A DNA stretch of 64,000 nucleotides, from the NCBI GenBank assembly GCA_020137815.1, contig CM035351.1:6758001-6822000 (forward strand), read 5' to 3'. Origin of the DNA: Hormiphora californensis (Eukaryota; Animalia; Ctenophora). Below are positions 24,921 to 45,587 of this stretch, piece by piece. A model generated the notes under the pieces. The model was not told where the DNA came from and did no database searches. It was given only the letters and a program-made list of their open reading frames with translations. The position numbers and the translations under genes are program-made. Each line of letters begins with the position of its first letter. Within the stretch, counting starts at the first letter, position 1.

Positions 24921-25968
24921 ATGGGTCATGCGGAGAACCCTGAGAATCCGTATTCCTTCCTGAACTTCCTTAACAACGGTTGCCATGACTCCGGCAGCTC
25001 CTCATTATCAGTAGGTCTTGTTGTTTTGTAACTTAGCATCTGTTATTAATTCCTGACCTTAGGTCTTTTTATCTTTTCTAGCAACTCTTATTCGCGGTGT
25101 CTCAGTGATTGTTATCACACATTTGTCTGACTGCTATAAATAACCACACTATCTATATCAGGGCAAATCACTTGAAGCAGATCGTCCCAGAAAGATGTCC
25201 CACCCATCCTCCCCTGCCCTCTCCACAAGATCAAACAACTCCTCCTCAAAACCAAACACACCCAGTAAGCTGTTTTGGGCAACCTGAATTTACTTCTTTT
25301 TGGGAGGGTATAGCACCTGTATTATATATTGTCCACACCGTTTCCTTTCCACTCTGATTAAACTCCTCTCTACCTCTCCAGGTAAGAGTGTATATCACAT
25401 GAGTATGCGAGAGCTCCGGGAGATGCTGGAGGCCCTTCAGATCCGGAACACTGAACTGGAGGAAAAGGAGTTTGAGACGGACCAGCTCAAATTGCGGCTG
25501 GAACAGGTCCAACAACAACTTGCAATAACCGAGACAGAACTTGCCAAGAGCCGGAAAAAGTGTAAAAAGTTGCATATTGAACTGGCTGAGGTAAGGGGAG
25601 ATAATTATTACTTATAAATTACTGTACATAAAGTTAGTTAACAGTAATTAGTTATAGTTACTCTAAAATTGTGTCAATTATCTATCTCTCCCTTCCCTCC
25701 CTAGTCCCGATTCAAAGAGGAACAAGACACTGAGGACCTGGACAGGATGGTTAAGCGGGTGGAGCAGAAACTGGAACGATCCGAAGCAAGAGCATCAGAA
25801 GCGGAAGCAGAGTTACATCGTTCAAAGGCTCAAATCACAACAGTGGATGCGGATAGAATCGCATGGCAGATTTCACAGAGCGCTGAAAGTGCGGAGACCT
25901 TGGTCAAACAGATGTGTACTGGGATCGAGGATCTTCGACGCATTGCCAACACTCTTTCAACCAAATGA
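24921..25968 (+). CDS. ENTR1: Endosome-associated trafficking regulator ENTR1/SDCCAG3-like coiled-coil protein, 4 exons
   Basis: N-terminal ENPYSFLNFL motif. C-terminal EDLDRMVKRVEQKLERSEARASEAE and AETLVKQMCTGIEDLRRIANTL resemble conserved ENTR1 segments as I recall them. Confidence 0.65.
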
Positions 25969-26929
25969 GAGGAATCGTTGAAATGGAAATATTGAGTAAG
26001 GGTCCAGTGTGTGTGTGGACAATTTTTAACGTGTATAAAATAATAGCGGCTGATAGAACGTGGTGACGTTATTTTTAAAACAGTTTCACAAAACCTTTGT
26101 AACTTGTTCACTGTTCTCCAAGAATCCTTCACCCCTCCTTTTTAAGGTCATGTAAATAGGAAACTGGCTACACAGGGGCAACAATGTTCAACATTCAACA
26201 ATCATCATCAAGTTTCATGTCAACACAGTTCTACATAAAAAGAATTGAAGAAAGACTGAAGTGTGAACATTAGAGAGTGAGAATACGATCCCAAATTTCC
26301 CACGGTCTCACAGATTACTGCTGCACCCCAACCTAATAACAACCCCAATGTAACAGAGATACTGCATCACTGGTCCCACATGTCCAATACCTCCCCAACT
26401 CCCAACCCAATACTGCCCCAATGTAACAGAGGTACTGCTGCATCACCTGTCCAATACCTCCCCAACCCTATACTGCCCCCCCCTCCCCCAATACTGCCCC
26501 AATGTAAATACTACCGGTTTTGTAAGTTATTCTTTTACACGTGTGTGCTCTAATTATTGCTGTACATCGGAACACCTGTAAATATATTATATATTATCTG
26601 TTTTATCTTTAGTTCAGGTTGATTACGTCATCAAACTAATTAAAAGTTTGATGTAAGGCGTGAAACCTGTTAACTTATGTCCCCCAATATATATTATCTG
26701 TTCCACGATATGTGTGCATTATGTGTTTTTGGTTAAAATATCATATATATAATTGTCATAAACTGTGTAAGGAATTAATTGATATATTGTAACGCAACAG
26801 TAGAACTTTTACGATATACAAAACTGAGTTTTTTATTCGCATAATTTACAACCTCTTTACACCCTCTAAATCTCCCTCAATTTCCACTTTGTTTAATTAG
26901 GCTGAGTAATGTCGTGAGGCGGACTGAAA

Positions 26930-34567
<7,638 letters not shown>

Positions 34568-35142
34568 AAAGGAATGAACTTTACTTTTTTGGGGTATTTA
34601 GACAGTAGCACTAGCAGGCGATAAACCTTGTAGCTGGCCTGCATTCCGTGTTTGTGAGTAATGTGTATGTGTTTTTTCTAGAGATGCCTAAACTATGTCT
34701 TGGTGTGAAACACAAGTTTTGTTTTTTCTTATTTGATTGTTATATTGTGAACGGTTTTGTTTTATACGTGGAATCGGTTTTCTCAACCTGAAATTGTGCT
34801 ATTCGATTTGAAATGTAAACGTGTGTCAACTTTGCGTGAGGCGCGGTGGCGCCGCTACGCAGCAAGTAAGCATTGTGAGCAGTATAACGATGCGCGTCAG
34901 TAGATCGTTCATGTCCTCTTTTTCAGAACCTGAATTCTTCAGACACGGAACTTCCTCCGTATATCCTCGGTTCCACCCTTTCGATTGGTAAAAGATGACG
35001 ACACAGAGGGTTTCCTTTTTTCAAAAACAGTGGATGATTCATCATACAATCTTCATTCATAGCACATGGTATAAAGATTTGAATGATCAAAGATTCAAAT
35101 GACACAGTCACAATACAAATAGAGTTTTGGTAAAATTCCCAC

Positions 35143-35976
35143 TCAAATTTTGAACGACTTGAAGTTCCCTTGGTATTCAGTTTTCCATGCACTCATATCT
35201 CTAGGCAAACTGTTCAGCTTTGTGTTCTTGTCCTTGTATCGGTCAAATGGCAGTCTTTGAAACTTTATCGACTTGGCGTTGTAGTTTCGTTTCCTATCCT
35301 CTAAGATACGAGGTCGATTAATGACCTGTCGTTCTATGTTCGTGCCCGTGTATGCTCGAGTATACGTAGACAAATTCGGCGATTTCTTCAGATTTTTGGC
35401 CGTTATTTCACCGTGTGTTTTATTGAAGTCCAGCCCTACACTAGACCGGGAAGAGCCTGATGAATTTGGCCTACTGTGATGGCTGGCAACAGAACAGCTC
35501 CTGTTCGGAGCGGACATCGGACGTGAGAGGATCTTGTCAAATTGAGAAGGTGTCCTCAGCTTCTTTCTTTCCTCATTTTCGGTTGGTGAGGGCGTCCTTT
35601 GGCCAATAGAACGTTTCTTAGTCTCATCATGATCATCTAACTCAAGGTTGACATAGTCTGAATAGGGGCTGGTAGGACGTGGTGATGGTTCATTGCCGAT
35701 ACCCCAAGCTGCTTTGGCCGAAGGTGGGGGAACAGGGGACAGTTTGCTGGAAATTTTGTCGGATGCCGGAGACTTGCGGTCATCGATTACCTCAATCACC
35801 TGCTCCAGCTTCGGGTCATCGTCCCTCTCCCAGTGAATTGGAGAGTGGGTGATTGCGTTGAGCATACGCAACCTCCGGTCCTCAGCAAGCTGGAAAAAGT
35901 TCGCCCTCGCATCACTGGTCCACAGATTCCGGCTATATTGCGAATCATATTCAGTGTTGGATCTAAAACGGCCCAT
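35143..35976 (-). CDS. CCSAP: CCSAP-like (centriole, cilia and spindle-associated) protein, intronless
   Basis: N-terminal NTEYDSQY..W...RRLR..HSPIHW and C-terminal SAWKTEYQGNF match the two conserved CCSAP blocks as I recall them; low-complexity middle. Confidence 0.6.
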   Translation of the reverse strand: MGRFRSNTEYDSQYSRNLWTSDARANFFQLAEDRRLRMLNAITHSPIHWERDDDPKLEQVIEVIDDRKSPASDKISSKLSPVPPPSAKAAWGIGNEPSPRPTSPYSDYVNLELDDHDETKKRSIGQRTPSPTENEERKKLRTPSQFDKILSRPMSAPNRSCSVASHHSRPNSSGSSRSSVGLDFNKTHGEITAKNLKKSPNLSTYTRAYTGTNIERQVINRPRILEDRKRNYNAKSIKFQRLPFDRYKDKNTKLNSLPRDMSAWKTEYQGNFKSFKI

Positions 35977-36445
35977 ATTTGATCACTAGGTGGATGGCCG
36001 ATACAAGGAAGAACAAGTCTCCGTTGTCATGTGGCCAAAATGAAGATATGGCTCCTTCATAAAACCAGACGTGTGAGGGGTGCACGCGGCAGTGTTCTGC
36101 AACGCGCGCGCACGTACACCCTTGAACAGAGGACCGCAGAGTTGTGAAAAACGTTCATTTTCAGCTCCCAATTAAAAGTTAAACAACCAATTCATTGGCA
36201 CAAATGTAAATTGTTATCTCAAGCATATAATTAATCTATTTTCACAATTAAATAGCAGACAAAAACCACATAAATTAGCTTAGAAAAGTTAAACGCGCGC
36301 GAAATTCATCTGAAGCTATGCCGGGCGCCTTCAACTCTACATAAAAGGCGGTCGCGCGGTGCTAGTTAAAAAAGTAACTCTATCACTAGTGTCCTTTTGT
36401 CAAACCCAAATCATGCAATGAATAGTCTGTGTTTAGGCAAAGTAT

Positions 36446-36508
36446 AGAACAAACATCCAGCTAAACTCCGTCAATGACTTTTGAGAGTAACCTTCATCGC
36501 ATCGTCCT
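36446..36508 (-). promoter_or_regulatory. Type II eukaryotic SECIS element in the 3'UTR of the C18orf32-like gene
   Basis: mRNA AGGACGA UGCG AUGAA GGUUACUCUC AAAA GUC AUU GAC GGAGUUUAGCU GGAU GU UUGUUCU. ATGA-N11-AA-N23-GA spacing, helix I, UGAA/GGAU quartet, helix II and apical mini-stem. Confidence 0.85.
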
Positions 36509-36801
36509 TTACTGAGCCTTGAGTTTATCCCCTTCTTCCCCTTCCTGAAAGAAAAACTCAGTGAGTTGTTGAATTGTGTTTGAGTTCAGAATAGACAATC
36601 AAAAAGAGGGTCAAAATATTGGGGGAATAGTGGGCATCGTACCTGGACTATTGCCTCTACAGGTTTATCTTCCTCGATAGCTTCATCGATAGCTGGAGCA
36701 TCTTTAACAGCTGGCTTCCAGTATCGGTCCACTATTGGCTTGATAAACTTGGCATAGATCCACAGGAATAGGGGGATAACAATACACGACAATCAGACCA
36801 T
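36509..36801 (-). CDS. C18orf32: UPF0729/C18orf32 homolog, 64 aa, predicted selenoprotein (Sec3, UxxC); exons 36801-36643 and 36544-36509
   Basis: gccaaccATGG context. ATG GTC TGA TTG TCG TGT ATT GTT ATC CCC = MV(U)LSCIVIPLFLWIYAKFIKP versus family [22 protein letters not shown]. Phase-0 GT-AG intron; downstream SECIS. Confidence 0.85.
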
Positions 36802-36994
36802 GGTTGGCTAGAATTAGAGAGGGTTGGGTTAATCATTGGGATTAATTAGAAATATATTAGAGAGTGTTTTAGAAGTTTCAATCTGATCGATAGCATAAAA
36901 TGGGTAAACAAAATAATGATTTTACATTATACAAGATATATCGATATAATATTATCAGTCAACATACACAGCACAACGACACACTCTCTCCTCT

Positions 36995-39900
36995 CTAATC
37001 CTCCTCTGATTCTGACGACTCAACACCCTCCCCGACATTGATTTTAAAGTTATACTCCTGATCGCACCCCATGTAAGAGTCACACATAAAGAACAAGGTG
37101 TATTCGTGAGATCCAGGGTCGGGGGCAACAAACTCCAATTTAATGGACGCTTTCTGATATAGAGTTATTCTCTTGATCGAGGTTAGGGTGTTGGTTTTGG
37201 GATCTCCGACCACCACCCACCAACCCTCCTCTCGCTTCACAGGGAAGAAGGGTGATATGACGTGACCTGCTACCTCATCCTCTCGCTCTAGTTCAACTGA
37301 AATCTGGACAGGACCCCCAGATTTTAGGGAATCTTTCTCGTGAACCTTGTACGTTAGCTCAATGTTGGGATATCGGTTACAATATCGGGCGAGATCCTGC
37401 ATTTTGGTGTCAGGTAGATCTAGGAGGGTGTTTCTCTCTTCGTCTTCCAGATCCATAATGTCAAACACACTCTCAACTCCCTTCGCTTCACAACTAGGTA
37501 GGGAAAGGAGGGGTTAGGAAAACAGAATAGTAGAAACTATTTAGTCCCCTAATTTTCTAACAATTCATCTTTAAAAACAGTATTGAACCTACTTTTTGAT
37601 GATCTCATCGGTGAAGTGTGGCAGTTGTTTCAGGTAGCTGTCCTTCTTCCACATGGCCTGGGTACACATCTGGGACAGCTCCATGGCAGCGAGGGCGGGA
37701 CTCAACCATCCACTACTCGATAACACATCCACACACGCCTGGAGGAGGAGGGGTTAGGAATACTGCGACACAGTTGGAGGCTCAGAGAAAGAGTGAATTG
37801 AAAAGCAACCACAAACTGGCCCAAAAGTTACCTGAATTAGCCGGACAGTTCTCTTCAAGATCTCTGACTTGTCACTCTGCAGCTCAGTAGGTAGGATGAT
37901 ACGGGAGAGATGGGACTGAAGGAGAAGGTTGGCTTTGCAGTGGGGATCGTTGAACTTGTGTCCCTCGGGCAGTTTCTGGGGGACCCTGTTGCTCAGTTGT
38001 TTTAGAATGTTTTCCTCGTGGTGCCGGACAGATAGGGAACTGTACTCTGCTGCTGCACTGATAATCTCAATAATACCTGGAGGGGGAGAGAAGGAGTTAG
38101 TCACTGTATAGAGGGAGCTTGGAGCAACAAGAGATAACCATTCAATTAGTTTAGCAACATCAAAATAGAAATAACGTACCCTTCAACTTTGTCTTGGGAG
38201 TGAGAGACAGGGAGAACAATTCGATGGTTGTATAGTTGATGTAGTAGTATGCGGCGATCATTCCCAGATTCAATGGTGTGGTGTCCATATCATCTTCAAT
38301 GGCTAGACACATGGACTGCTCTAGATCGTTTAGGGTGTTTTCAACCAAGTCAGAGAGATGATCAGAGAGATGGCGATGGGAGGAACCCTGTTAGAGATAG
38401 GGGTTGTTAAAATTAGAGGATAATTACTGATATAGAGGTTATTTCGAGGTAGACAAATAGGATTAGGAACAAAATTATGAAACAAACAACTGTACCTGAA
38501 GATTGTAGTAGTTAGGGTTCTGTGTGAGTCTCCTATACAAGAACGTCCACGTCAGGTAGTCCACTGCATCTTGTTTGTTTTCCACCGTCTTGGTGACGAC
38601 CTCAGCGTTAAAGTGATCATGTAACACGTGATCTAGATGAGATTCAACCGGAAGGGGCTCATACAGGAACTTTCTAAAGAATTCCTTCTTTGACCCCTGG
38701 CACATCACCACACACACCCCATTCTCATCATGTAAGGGACGGTTAGCTCTCCCCACCATCTGTAACATGTCTGTGATTGGGTAGTCCACATATCTGTGTT
38801 CCTTGCCATCGTAGTACTGAGTATCCATGATGATTACAAGATGAGCCGAGATGGAACTGCCCCATGCTAACTGCCTAGTGCTAACCATCACCTGCACTGC
38901 CCCAATCTCAAACAACTTGTCAACAAGGGCCCGTTCTGATTCCTGTAGACCCTCGTGTGTGTATGCCACTCCGTGTGATAGTGTCTCACAGAGTGTTTTA
39001 TCTGAGATTTGTTCCAGGTAGGGGGCGAGGTCATCCTCCGAGCAGTGGAGGAATTTCTTGGGCGACCCTCCCGCTAGTGCCAGGGTAAGGATATCAATAG
39101 CAGTTAGACGGGCCTGTTTCCGGGACGGCACGTACACTATTACAGGATCGTTGGGAGAGTGTTTACAGATGGTGTTGTAAGTTGGTTTCATCATACAAAG
39201 GAGACGTGACTGGGCGTGTGTGATGTGGAATCCTGTGATATGAAGCTCCAGGGGAACTGGCCGGACATTGGGGTGGAAGTTGAAGATACTGTTACTATGG
39301 CAACCTAACCATTCTCCGATATCTTTAGCGTTCGCTAGGGAGGATGATAGCGCTACCAGTCTGATACTTTTCTCGATTTGAGCTGACATGTATTTCATCC
39401 GTGTACAGACAACCTCTAACACAGGACCCACGTCACCACTGATCAAATGAACATCATCCACGATGAACAGATCGACATTCTGAACATTCTTCCTCTGTTT
39501 CCACCTCCTAGATAGGAATATCCCACTTTTCCGCGGTACTCAGTATGATGTTCCCCTTGGCTAACAACTTCAAATCCACACTTGTCTCTCCCGTTAGTAC
39601 AACAACCTTCTTGTCCAGTTGTGTTCCAAACTTCTCACTCCACTCTCTATAGACCTGGTCCACAATATACTGCATGGGCGCTACATAAACACACCGCGGA
39701 TCCGGTTTGGAGGAGAGTAACACGAAGAATGGCAATCTCTGCACACACAGTCTTACCAGACCCTACAGGGGCACCCACAAAGGCATTATCATCTGTGTTG
39801 TAGAGACAGTTAAATACTTGAGTCTGGATGGGGTTCAGGTAGGAGAACTTTTCCTGGTATAGTTTCTCATACTCAGGGTTCCGGAACACCCCAACAGGTA

Positions 39901-42900
39901 GGGGCTGCAGATCGAGTAACTCAGTTGGAGGGAGATTCTTCTCAGGGAGGATCAGATGGCGGAATGAAACTGGTAGTTGGGTCTCCGCATGAAGCCACTT
40001 ATCTGACACTACTCTGATGAAGTAGTGGGGTGGAAGGGGCTCGAATACTGGGACAAAGAACTCAACAATATGGTCCTCACCAACGTATTTAGATTTGAGA
40101 AGGAAGAACTCAGAGTGAAGAACTCTCTCGTTATCACAATCCTCGACCATGATCCAGAACGCCTCGGACATGCCATGTATCTTCTCATCCCATTGGAAGT
40201 CAGGGGTTATGGTCAGCTCCACTCGGAGGGTAGATCTCGTGATGGGTTGGATGTGTGTTGCAAGTTCCATCTTAGGGAAGGTATGGACTAACCGGTGGAT
40301 ATGGTTGCCTAGTTTGGGCATTCTGATTAGTTCTCCTAACTCTGCCGGGGAGAGATCATAGAACCGGGACCAAGTGAAATACTTCTTTTCTATCTTCCTG
40401 ACTACCTCGTCAGGTAACTTCTTGAACTGTCTGAGAGGTGTCATGCTAAGCCACATCCTCTTTTCCACCATTTTACACAGATTCAGGGCATGGTCAGCTA
40501 GTTGTGCCCATCCGCGGTACAACACGATCTCGTAAATAGCTCTCATTAGCCTGTTAGCGGAGCTGGTGATATAAACCATATCAGAGGAGAGAGAGAAACC
40601 CTCCAGTTTTAGTTGTGAGATGTGTGCTTGGAGAAGGACGTTAACCTTGCCACTGGGCTCCTCTATACTCTCCTTGATAGGGATTGGAACCCTCTCAATC
40701 AGTTTGGATAGCTCCATCTTCTCCTCCTCTCGCACGGAAATGTGCCGGAACTCACTACTCAGAGAGAACACACGGAACAGCTCAATTTGACTGAGGGTGG
40801 ACTTGAGGAGGCTGTTGTATGTTGAGATACTATCATTTGTTATGTAGTAATGACTTGCAATCCTACCCAGATCGGTCACCATGAAACTCCCAGATCTCCT
40901 GTCATACTTCACCAGGTTGTTCTTGTCTAACAGGGTTGCAGCGGTGTGGATCAGATCTGCCCTTCTTTGTTCCAACTTGTCATCGTGGGATATATCTTCA
41001 GGCATGCCATACAGGGTAGGGTTCCTCAACATCCTGATGTACAGATAGGTGTACCCCAGCCACTCAACTGCCTCCTTGGCATTCCGGATAGTACCCAGAA
41101 CGATCTCTGCATTCAGGTTATCTGCCATCTTCTTGATGTACTGGCTCTCTATGGGCAGCTGCTGGTTCAGTAGAGACAGGTAATATTGGAGCTCGTTATG
41201 ACTGGTGATGAGAACTCCCTCTCCCCGAGAGTCGTGCTGGGGTCGACCTGCCCGACCGAACATCTGAAGGATATCCAGTGCCCCCAACTCCACCCATTTA
41301 CCCTGTTCAGGGCTATAGATCTGGGTACCCTTGATGATCACAGTGTGGGCTGGAAGGTTCACACCCCAAGCAAGGGTAGAGGTAGATACCAATACTTGGA
41401 TGTGCCTATCTGCAAACAGATCCTCAACTAGAGTCCTGTCAACTCGGGTCATACCGGCGTGATGGATAGCAAACCCATAGGGTAGAATCTCCTTCAAATC
41501 AATGTCTTTACATTCATCCTGTGCAACAGTTCTCAGCACCTCAGTACTGGAGCTACCCTCTCTGAGGAACATTCCAATTGTATCATTCTCTAGGGCCAAC
41601 TCCCGGATAGCTTTAGCAGTTCGCGCTGTCTCCTTCCTTGAATGTACAAACACCAACACCTGATGTTTCCCGGCATTCTCCATGATCTTTTCGTATAAAG
41701 TCTCATTTATAACCTTCCACTTCTTGACAGCCTTCTTCTCCGTAACCCCAATAAAGGTCTGGTGGAGGGGCACTGGACGGAAACTGTTGTCGAAGTAGAA
41801 CAACCCTGTATCCAGGTTGACTCGCAGGAACGCTGCTACATCTTTGTAGTTAGGTAGGGTTGCGGACAGGCCAACTAGCCGGACCAGCTCCTGAGTACTC
41901 TCGATCTGCCTGATAGTACGGGCAACAACCGACTCCAAAACTGGACCACGATCATCGTGAAGGAGATGAATCTCATCGATAATGATTAGAGATACAAGCT
42001 GGGTGTAGGTCCTCTCCCCTGATTTCCGAGTTATGATGTCCCATTTCTCTGGAGTACACACGATCACCTGGATAGGGATAGAGGGCCGGGGTTAGTAGGG
42101 TGGGGCGTTGGAGGGGGAGGTAAGTGTGCCCAGGAGACAGAGGGGAAAGAGACAATGAAAGTGTGAGATAGTTCCGAGTTCGGTAAATAAATGAAAGTGA
42201 ACTACCGAGAAAGAAGATTAGAGAGAGACAAGTAAATGACAGAGAAAGGAGACTAGAGAGAGCTCATGACAGAGAAAGTGATATGGGGGACGGGGAAGGG
42301 AGACTTCTGGGCACACTTACCGATGTTCAGTAGATGAGGCTTCTTAGTTTCCGAGCACAGTTAGAGAGTTTGAGTTTTTGTTTGAGGTGCTAAATTTTGA
42401 GCGCAAATTAAACCTGAAAAAAGCACCAATTGAGACTCAACATTCTCTCACCACCACAACCCCATTCCCATGACGTCATTTAGACTCACCTGTGTCTCGT
42501 TGATTTGTTCTCGGCTGAGATTATGATCACCAGTCAACTCGGAAACTTTCAGACCGTACGGTTCCAGACTTTTCCCGAAACTTCCCACCATTTCCTGTAC
42601 CAGAGACCTCATGGGGGCGATGTAGATGATCTTAAACTCATCCTTCCTAATGCTCCCGTCGGAGTTCATGTGTTTCCCTATCTCCCGGACCATGGTTAGA
42701 ACCGCAATATTGGTTTTACCCGCTCCAGTGGGGGCACAAATCAGTAGGTTCTCATCCCGATCCAGAGCGGCAGGTTTCAGCCTACTTTGGATCCTGTTCA
42801 GGGAGGTATATCTGGCGAAGGGTTTCTGGGCCCAGCTAGGTAGTTCATCTATCTTCACCAACTTCTCTCCGTCAGTGAAGGGTTTGGGTTTGTAAGCCGG

Positions 42901-44955
42901 AACATGGATCTCCTCGTACCCTTTCTTCTGTTTCCGGAAGGATCCATCAGGTAGGAGACACTTTCTTGTTGGTCATCAGATGTGATCCTTGTTCAAAAGT
43001 GAGGTCCTTCAAGTCCAACATCTCCTTGGGCTTGATGGCAGTCCCTCTACCACCTCCTCCTCTCCCATCTCCACATCCTCCTTCCTTCATCTCCTTCTTG
43101 CTGACTCGCTTGACCGGCTAAAAATATATACAGGGTGTCAATATGTGGTTTAGAGAGAACAGTTCGAGAGAACTAGTAACATTAACTTACATTAGCGGAG
43201 GTGCTGTCCCCTAGAAGTTCAGTCTAGAATCGCAGCTCCCACCGGCGTAGACTTCATCTCTTCCTCTATCTCATGACGATCCTTCTCTGTCTCAGCTCGA
43301 GCTCGAAGGGTACAGAACAGGATTAGCTGCTTGTTCTGTCGACCAGCTTGATAATGTTGAAACAGATCGTATCCCAACAGGAGAACAAGTTTTGTCTCGC
43401 ACTCTCGGTCGTCATTTGTGGTTTTTAGGATTGTCAGAACTCGCTCTGCTTTTTCCTGAAGGGGGAATACCAAAAGGTCAGAAAACTAAATTAAACCCCA
43501 AAGTAGCTGCTTTTTATTCTTGTAATGTCTAACGACTAATTCCTGATTGGGAAAATATGATATCCCATTCAGTCGAAGGAAGTTACAATGTTAATCTGGG
43601 CTGTCTTTGATATGAACCGCTCAACGATAACGGCGGAACACTCGTATGAACAGTCCACTGTCCACTACCCGGTACCCACGACCCCGTCCCCCATCCAGAC
43701 ACCCCGCCCTACCCCCGCACCCTCACAAAACACAGACCTGGGAGACGTCAGCATCATTGTAGTGCTTATTGAGCTGTCTCTGTAGCCAGAACGCATCCAC
43801 ATCCCCTGGTTTAATGTTCTCTCCAGAATCCACCCTCGGCAGTAGCTGCAGAGGAGAGACCGCTACCCTTCCCAGTGTCCAGGAGGGGTCCCTCTTCATC
43901 TGACTGGGCTCCATCCTGGGATAGGGGTGTGGAGTTAGTTATGGTGCTGATCAGAACATCAAACAGTCAGAAGGTGTTAGAAACAGGTTTCGAGGATTTA
44001 AGGTCAGAATATTTATTATTTAGAAAGGAAGAAATATGCCAGTAACATGTCTAAAACATGTTAGTAACACCAACCTGAACTTCATCAAGTTGTCCGTCCT
44101 TGTCCTCTTCCTCATCGAAAACAACAGCCACCCCGTAGGTCTCATCTATAACATCCTCAGCATGGTCATCTTTACTGCCATAATCAGTCAACTTTCCCAC
44201 CAGGTTCTCTAGCACTGCAAACCTGGGGAGAGGGGCGGTGGTGAGCAGGGACCAAACTAGAGCTAAACAATAGGAGAGAGAGAAGGGAGAGAAAGGAGGT
44301 ACATGACACATTTCAAAATTCTAAAAAGTAAAAGCACGCCAACCTGTCCTCAGTGATGTCCTCTAGAAGGTTCTTAACCTCACTCATCTGTTCCTTCCTG
44401 TTTCCAGTCTGTTTAATGGACAAGAGGACCTCATCAGCAGCACCCAACAGAATCTCACGGGGCTGTTCTCCGATATAGGACTGGATAAAACTCAGGACCA
44501 CCTCAAAAACATGCCTTTGTTTCTCGTGTTCGGGGCGTGTAGGAGAGACCACTGAAGTCTGATTCTCCAACAGTGGATAGAAGACCGGTAGAGAACGCCT
44601 GCATTTGTTTCTCATCCTCGTCACGCTTCTGTCTCTTGGCAGCCTGGGATGGGGGTGGACTAGGTAAAATGCGTGAATTAAAGGAAAATAGGAAAGTTTA
44701 TTTCAGAAAAGAACCGCACACAAAATATTAAAAATTTGTCCCACTATTTACCTTCTCAGAGGAGACCTCAGGAGCGGTGTTCCTCATAAATCTATCACCC
44801 ATTTTGGATGTCTGTAACTTTCCAACAAGAGATAGCACCTCTCCCGTTGCCTCATCTCTCCCTCGTCGCTCAATGAGAGAGCGGTCAGCTTGGAGAACAA
44901 GGTTACTGTTCGCCTTGTATTCATACTGTAGAGATCTGGCAGTTTCATCCGCCAT
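36995..44955 (-). CDS. SNRNP200: U5 snRNP 200 kDa helicase Brr2, multi-exon, several apparent indels
   Basis: [41 protein letters not shown], second cassette [12 protein letters not shown], Sec63 domains, [11 protein letters not shown]. Confidence 0.97.
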
Positions 44956-45155
44956 CTCTATAGAGGGGTGGTGGGAATTTAGGGGTGGGGAATGGACATT
45001 GTGACTATTTTTCGGGCAAATCTGTGAGAACAGAATGTGGAATTGGGTTCTTTTGTCAGGATTTGAATCGAGAGACAAGAGGGATGTTGTAGAAAGTCAA
45101 AAAGATAAAACACGCAACTTCTTTTCGGCTATAAATAAAATTAAAAAACTGAAAT

Positions 45156-45587
45156 TTACTCAGCAGCCATGGCTTCCTCCTCGGTGATTTTGCCCTTGTC
45201 TGTCCTCTTCTTGGACCTGTCTTTCCTCTCGAGGATAGCCCTCCTGTCCTTGTCCAACTTCAGCTTGGAGATCTCAACCTTGGAGGCACTGATACCGACG
45301 GGAACGGTTGTTCCATTGGCCTTCTCCCTCTGAACTCGCTCCACGTAGATGACCCACCTCTTCCTGTAGACGCTGATAACCTTGGCGAGCTGCTGGCTCT
45401 TGTACTGTCCCCGGGTGATCTGGACCTCATCGTCCTTTCGGATGGGCATGGACCTAACGTTGTACTTCTGTCGGAGCTCCTTGGAAGAGGGGGCTGTCAT
45501 CAGCTTTCGTCGGATGGAGCTGGGGGCGGTGAAATGGGCCTTCCTCTGCTTTCGCCTGGAGCTGGAGACATGCGTGTTGAATTTCAT
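45156..45587 (-). CDS. RPL26: 60S ribosomal protein L26 (uL24), intronless CDS
   Basis: [41 protein letters not shown]. Confidence 0.97.
   Translation of the reverse strand: MKFNTHVSSSRRKQRKAHFTAPSSIRRKLMTAPSSKELRQKYNVRSMPIRKDDEVQITRGQYKSQQLAKVISVYRKRWVIYVERVQREKANGTTVPVGISASKVEISKLKLDKDRRAILERKDRSKKRTDKGKITEEEAMAAE

Larger units (their letters stand above)
22032..25707. repeat. Segmental duplication copy 2
   Basis: Near-identical to copy 1 minus the LINE; carries an extra ~600-bp segment at ~22080-22670. Confidence 0.9.

Noticed and set aside
36586-36792. ORF-track model starting at TTG and running into the intron
   Set aside because: The true ATG is three codons upstream across the TGA, and the 3' part is intronic (donor at 36642).
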